Of a DNA stretch of 64,000 nt, positions 58,771 through 64,000 are shown piece after piece. The position numbers were made by a program, and so were the translations under genes. How positions within the stretch are numbered: position 1 is the first letter of the stretch; the number at the start of each line of letters is the position of its first letter. The notes under the pieces are model-generated. The model saw only the letters and a program-made list of their open reading frames with translations. It had not been told where the DNA came from and ran no database searches. The stretch is from Peribolospora baueri (taxonomy: Eukaryota), in NCBI GenBank assembly GCA_029717555.1, contig JAMDHS010000034.1:1-64000 (forward strand). The letters are read 5' to 3'.

Positions 58771-61700
58771 TATAACGAGAGAGGCGAGCCGGAATGGAAT
58801 GTGCAAACATTTCCTCCGTCCATCCGTTACTCTCGCACCGATCTCGGCCGTAATGCCGCTCGTCGATCATTTGTTTTTTTTTCCAGACGCTAACCATTAA
58901 CACGATGCGCAAGCGTATAGTACTACTGTATGCATAGATCATGCATAGCCCTCGGGCAAAACAACTTGTATGCTTATAGACAGGGTTGACTGTAGTACAT
59001 CTCCGGCTCTTTACCACTCAACGTCGCAGCCTAACTGCCGACTAAGACCTTCCAAGTCAAACAAACACGCTCAACTTTCACGAATGGTCGGGTCACCGTC
59101 ACAGTCCGTCTGAAGCAAAATAAATGTTTGGCGGGGTATCATCGATTCGTCTGCAGTAGCCAGGCGTCATACACACAATATCTCTCTCAGCCTCCTCTCC
59201 CCAACTGAGCGCCAGTCGGCTTCGCCGCCATGCCCTCCCAATATCACCCGGACACGTCATTCGTCCTCGCTGAAGAGCACCTGACCTCGATGATTGAAGG
59301 TCATGAAGCTCGGTCGGGCGTCGATCTGGTCGATGGACCTGGTTTGTGGCCGGCGCAGGGATGGAGGGGAACGGGGCATAAGAGAGAGACGGTTCAGAGG
59401 GAGCAGTGAGAAGACAAAAGACGAAAGGACTTGGGAAACGGGACAAGCAAGCCCGGCGAAGATCCTGGTCGCTCCATCTGTTTTTCCCGGCTCAGGAAAC
59501 ACCATCCTAGCCTCCGAGGCCCACAGCTCACCTCTTTCGCATCTCGCTCGCCCAAGTGATCTCCTTGAGCGGAGCGGCGGTGAGGGCGACACCAAGGAGT
59601 ATGATAAGCAGGGACGACAAGGTTTCGACGGCGATCTACTTGGCGCGGGCCGCAGGGAGATGAATAACCAGCATGGGCGAGAGGGCGTCAGTACAATGTC
59701 CAATGCGTGGGGGATGTGCTTGTAAGGGTAGGTACCAGGAATGTCACGTCAGCCATAAAGCCGAGCTCACTCACATCGAGTGGAAGCTCTCCCTGAGGTC
59801 TGTCTAGCGCTTTTTGAAGGGATAGATCTGTTGAGATGTCCGGGCGAGTCCGATCAGCGTCACCCAAGCAGCCGGCGAACGTATGGGAAGCCCGCGTGCG
59901 TCGCTTCCACCTAATACTAGCATGGAAGCACGCAAACAGCACTGCAGTGGAGGAGTAAGGTACTCACGCTCATAGGTGGAATAAGCTGAGTGGAAAAAGA
60001 CGACTGTTGTCCGCGCGAAAAGTGAAAGGTCGGTCGAGACCGACGGGGCGACGGTAGGATGAAGAGAAAATGTGAGAGAAATGGCAGAGTGAGTGTCCAC
60101 AGTTTTGTCTCCCGCCTCCGCCTGGTCCCCTCAAGTTTCGCAAGCGGAAGAGCAAATGCGAGCTCATACGGAGACCCCATCCGTACCCAAGCCTGCATCT
60201 TTAACCCACACATCTACCACTCTACCCCCATATCCCAGCGCATCCCAGCGCATCCTCCTCATATTTACCCTGCTGCAGCATTGTATGGACGAAACTCACC
60301 AGTGCCCAGTGCAAGCACCAATCTGCCAACCTTCGACGGCATCGTTTGTCGTTGTCAGTTCCCCGGGACGGTGGGTAGATCGCGCTTTCTTCGAGACGCC
60401 TGTGATGGCGCGCACAAGTTCGAGAGGCTGGGCCACGTGGTCGGCACGTGACTACTCTGCCTATTTCCGTTTGCAGTAACACAACACGCCCATGATTTCA
60501 CGCCTGGAACCATACGATGAGAGGACGAAGGAGACGGTCGAGTATGGACGGCGGGCTCTCGTCCTCCTCTTTTAACATCCTTCCCTGTCCTGACGATTAA
60601 AGCCCGATGTCGACTGCTAAACCACCCAGGTCTCCCTCACCCCGGAAGGAGGCAGCGGTGTCGTGCACCAGACGCACGACGTCCGCGATCGGCAACAGAA
60701 TGGACGACCGTGCGTATCTAGCTGTAACTCCCCCGCACTGCCTTCTCGAGAGCAACATTCCTGGCCTCGGAGGAAGACGGTCTTGGTCGCCCGAAGCGCC
60801 AGCTGAGCCAAGGTTCTTGTCGAGCCGCCACAGGCACGCGAGAAGGGTTAAAAGAGAGCGCAGCTTTGCGTGTAGAGCGCCTATGGTTCGGGAGCTCAAG
60901 ACGAGAAGAGAGGAAACCTCACGAGTCTTGGATGCATGCTGTCCAACGTGACTCCTATATATTCCGGCCGAAACGTGCGCCCGCAAGCGTTTAGGGAAAC
61001 AGTGGTGCGCGGGGCGTTAGCGGAAAATGCAGTGGTGCTGATGATTCTGCTCAAGGCAGAGAGGTGGAAGTGTGCGAAGGCGACCGGAGAGGTCGTTCAC
61101 ACGTTCCCACGTCCGGAACAAGCTGATACACCCTTAAGAGGAGGCTCGAAAGACGTCGGCCTTGACCGAGGCATCGATTTTCGCATCACGCCCTTGTGAG
61201 AAGGCGAATGCGGGACAGGCGGTACGCTTCGACGGCCATCACTTCTCCCTTGAGCCTGGTCGCCGTTAGCAAGCGGTCTGAACTGGTCATCCTCTTTCAG
61301 GTCCACCTTATGGGAATCAACACGGATGAGGCCGCCACTACGCCATGAAAGCCATCTGTAAGCCGCCCGTCTGCACATGTGTAGAGGGAGATTCGTTGGC
61401 CGCACGACGCTGTTCGTCCTAGCCGTGACAGAACTGCATCTCTCTGCTTGCAGCACATTGCATCGTAACCGTCTGTTGGAAGAACGGATATGAAGTCGGA
61501 CCGAGGAGGCTGGACGGGTCACTCCGGTGTCTTGCACCACTCCGGCGGCTTAACTGGGCCCGATCGGGCGGGGCAGGAGGACAAGGGAGACGCGTCGAAA
61601 AGATGAGGTGGATTGAGCTGGACGACGGGGGTGAAGCAGGGTGTTGTTGTTTGGCTTAGGCGTCGGTGCCGAGACGTTACCGAGACGAACGAGGGAGGCG

Positions 61701-62679
61701 TCGATGACGACGGCGACAAGGAAGTGGAGGCCCGCAAGGCTTGCCGACTCGGACCGATCCATCCGCCGCACGTCCACGTGGTTTGCGGCCGCCTTTCAAA
61801 CACTTGCCGACGTGCATCGCGACAAAGACGTGCACCGGACGAGCTGCGCACCGGGACTGGTGAGATTGTCAAGAGCGAGACAGGCGTAATGGGAGTGATG
61901 AGAGCAAAGCGAGCGTGGAGACGGAAGAGAAAGGAAGGTGACGTTGTGGGATGAGACAGATGAAGGGAGGCAAGGCCGACTGCGGCAGACAGCAAGAAAA
62001 GGTGAATTGGATATCCGGATTGACGTCCATGGTGGGTTGAGAGAGTGGAGAGAGAGTCGTTATCTCAAGACAGTATAGTATCATCATCCTCTCCCTCTAA
62101 CCCTCTCTGATCAGGCCCCGTAAAACCAGCGACGCCAGCTGGGAACCAGGGCCACTGCGCTCCCTCCCCTCCACCCACACCTCCATCTCTCTCCTCCCTT
62201 CCCAAGCCTTAAATAAATTTGTATCTTCAGGAGCTCTATATGCTTGAAGTTGAATAAGTTGGTAATATTTATTCACTAAAAATAACCGATTACGTTTGAT
62301 GGATTGACAATGGTTAGGTAGGCAGTGCGCTTGAGGACACCGCAAACAGCGCAGCGCTTCCACAGACCAACTTAACCCGAGCTGGTCCCACCCAGCACGT
62401 TCTGGTCCTCCCTTATCTCGCCGGATGCAGAACTTTCTCAGCGAATGCGGATTGTCTCTCCAGACGCACAAAGAGACAACCGCGTCCCCCAGGTTTATCA
62501 ACCGCAATTGCGCTGCCAGAAGCGGAGATAGGCCTTCTTTCCTCTGTTCCCCGCACGTGGACAACGTCTCCAAGACGTCTGCTCCATCGCCGGTAGGCAG
62601 ATAGATAACTAGCGAGCGCATCGCCCAGCTTCCTCTCAGCTCCCAGCACGCGCTCAGACGACAACGACAATCGGGAAGG

Positions 62680-64000
62680 ATGCTCCCCAGACGACAAAGA
62701 CGCCTCTGCTTCCTTCTTTCCCTTCTCACATCAACAGCTGTCACCGCTCTCGCTCCCTCACAACAACCACAACCATCGCCCGTCAACTTTGAGCCGCGCT
62801 TCGACCACGACAGATCTGTGCCTCTCCCCCACCGCCCGACCGACTACCGAGTCCTCTCCGCCGAGCTGACCTCCCCCTTCTTCAGCCCAGATCACCCCTC
62901 CAACCTCCTCCTTCAGAAGAGAGGCGGAAACAGCAACAGCGCCAACGAGTCCGCCGCGGAGCTCGTCAGGGGGGCCTTGCTCAGCGCCCAGAGGGCTAGG
63001 TGGGTGTTTTCTAGCCTCCTTCAGGTTGGATTGGAGATAGATCGGGTGGGGAGGGCTAGCTAGAAGAGGATGGGGAGAAGATCCCTTTCGCCCATCAAAG
63101 GGTCTTCGAGGAGAGTGCCGCCGGAAGTCGAGCTCGTCGTTCGACGGATGGCGCAGCGCTCGTCCGCGCACGCCGGTACTCAACGTGGACATTGCTATGA
63201 TCGCCTCCTTTTCTCCATTCGACGTCTATATTCAATGATAGTTGGGAACAAGGAGTGTGAGTGTCTTTGGATAGAATTTTTCGGCGCCTCGTTCCCCGCG
63301 TATCTCCTCCCTGATTCATCGCCGGGCTTTTTTTGTCCTCATTCGATCTGGATCAACAGCGCTATCTCAGCACTGCTAGAGTACGGCTACGCCGGCTTTT
63401 CCGTCTTCGCCCAAGATGGCCCCAGCTATCTCGGTTCGCACCCTCCCCGGTCCTACCCCAACCAGGTCCTCCAGCTCGCCTATGACGCCGTCGTCCGTCA
63501 AGACCCGTCAGGCCGCCTTGGAAACAACTTCATCGACGTCAGCACCTCGCCCACTGTCGGCTCTTCCGCCGACCCAGCCAGCCTGGGCGAAGGCGTCCTT
63601 CTCGGAGCCCTCGCATTCGGCCAGCTCGCCGATCCGTCCTCTTTCTGGGGCGGTGGAGCCTCCCGCCAACTCACGTGGATCCTCCAGACCGCCCCTCGAG
63701 ACGCCAATGGCATCGTCTCTCACCGCGCTGATTCGCTCCAGTACTGGTCCGACGGCGTTTACATGATCCCTCCCTTTCTCGCCGCCTATGGCCTCATGAC
63801 GAACAATCAGAGCCTCCTCCAGGCGGCGTACGAACAGGTCGTAGGCTACAGGACGTATCTTCGGATCGGCGCCGGGAACGCGACCGGCACGTGGAGCCAC
63901 ATTTGGAATCAAAGCTCGAGGACTTGGGTCGATCAGGGCGCTTGGGCTACGGGTGAGCGCTGGAGCGCCTGCTCTTTTTACAGATTTCGTGCTTAGCTCG
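62680..64000 (+). CDS. Secreted (alpha/alpha)6 glycoside hydrolase, GH105/GH88-like; runs off the window (exons 62680-62999, 63242-63256, 63360-63952)
   Basis: Signal peptide; AQRA|SWEQGV|AISALLE; ADPASLG; APR..NG.VSHR....QYWSDGVYMIPPFLA; W.HI....DQGAWATG followed by an intron donor. Confidence 0.8.

Noticed and set aside
62200..62320. AT-rich island (also 57000-57060)
   Set aside because: No terminal repeats, target-site duplication or RNA structure was found; consistent with ordinary promoter or terminator sequence.

Overview
This is GC-rich, intron-containing eukaryotic DNA, most likely from a basidiomycete fungus (GT-AG introns with GTGAGT/GTAAGT donors and CTGAC/CTAAC branch points; the lineage is an inference). 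I reconstructed about 15 protein genes by manual splicing: a bZIP factor, cytosolic TyrRS, Eaf1 (NuA4 scaffold), Mex67, a TMEM170-family protein, an I9 protease inhibitor, ValRS, a very long Sac3/GANP protein, a GH26-like protein, an SPT small-subunit-like protein, a GH105/GH88-like hydrolase (truncated by the window edge), a 106-aa probably acylated microprotein and several hypothetical proteins. There are two decayed LTR retrotransposons. The most striking structure is a 629-bp x2 inverted repeat (18796-19424 / 19543-20171, 118-bp spacer) built from dead Ty3/gypsy RT-RNaseH sequence. Its core is perfectly identical between arms, its few mismatches sit only at the edges, and it lies between a probable 5' LTR and the EAF1 promoter. 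It is a candidate hairpin-RNA ('killer'-type) transposon-silencing locus. All exon coordinates were read by eye and no database searches were run.
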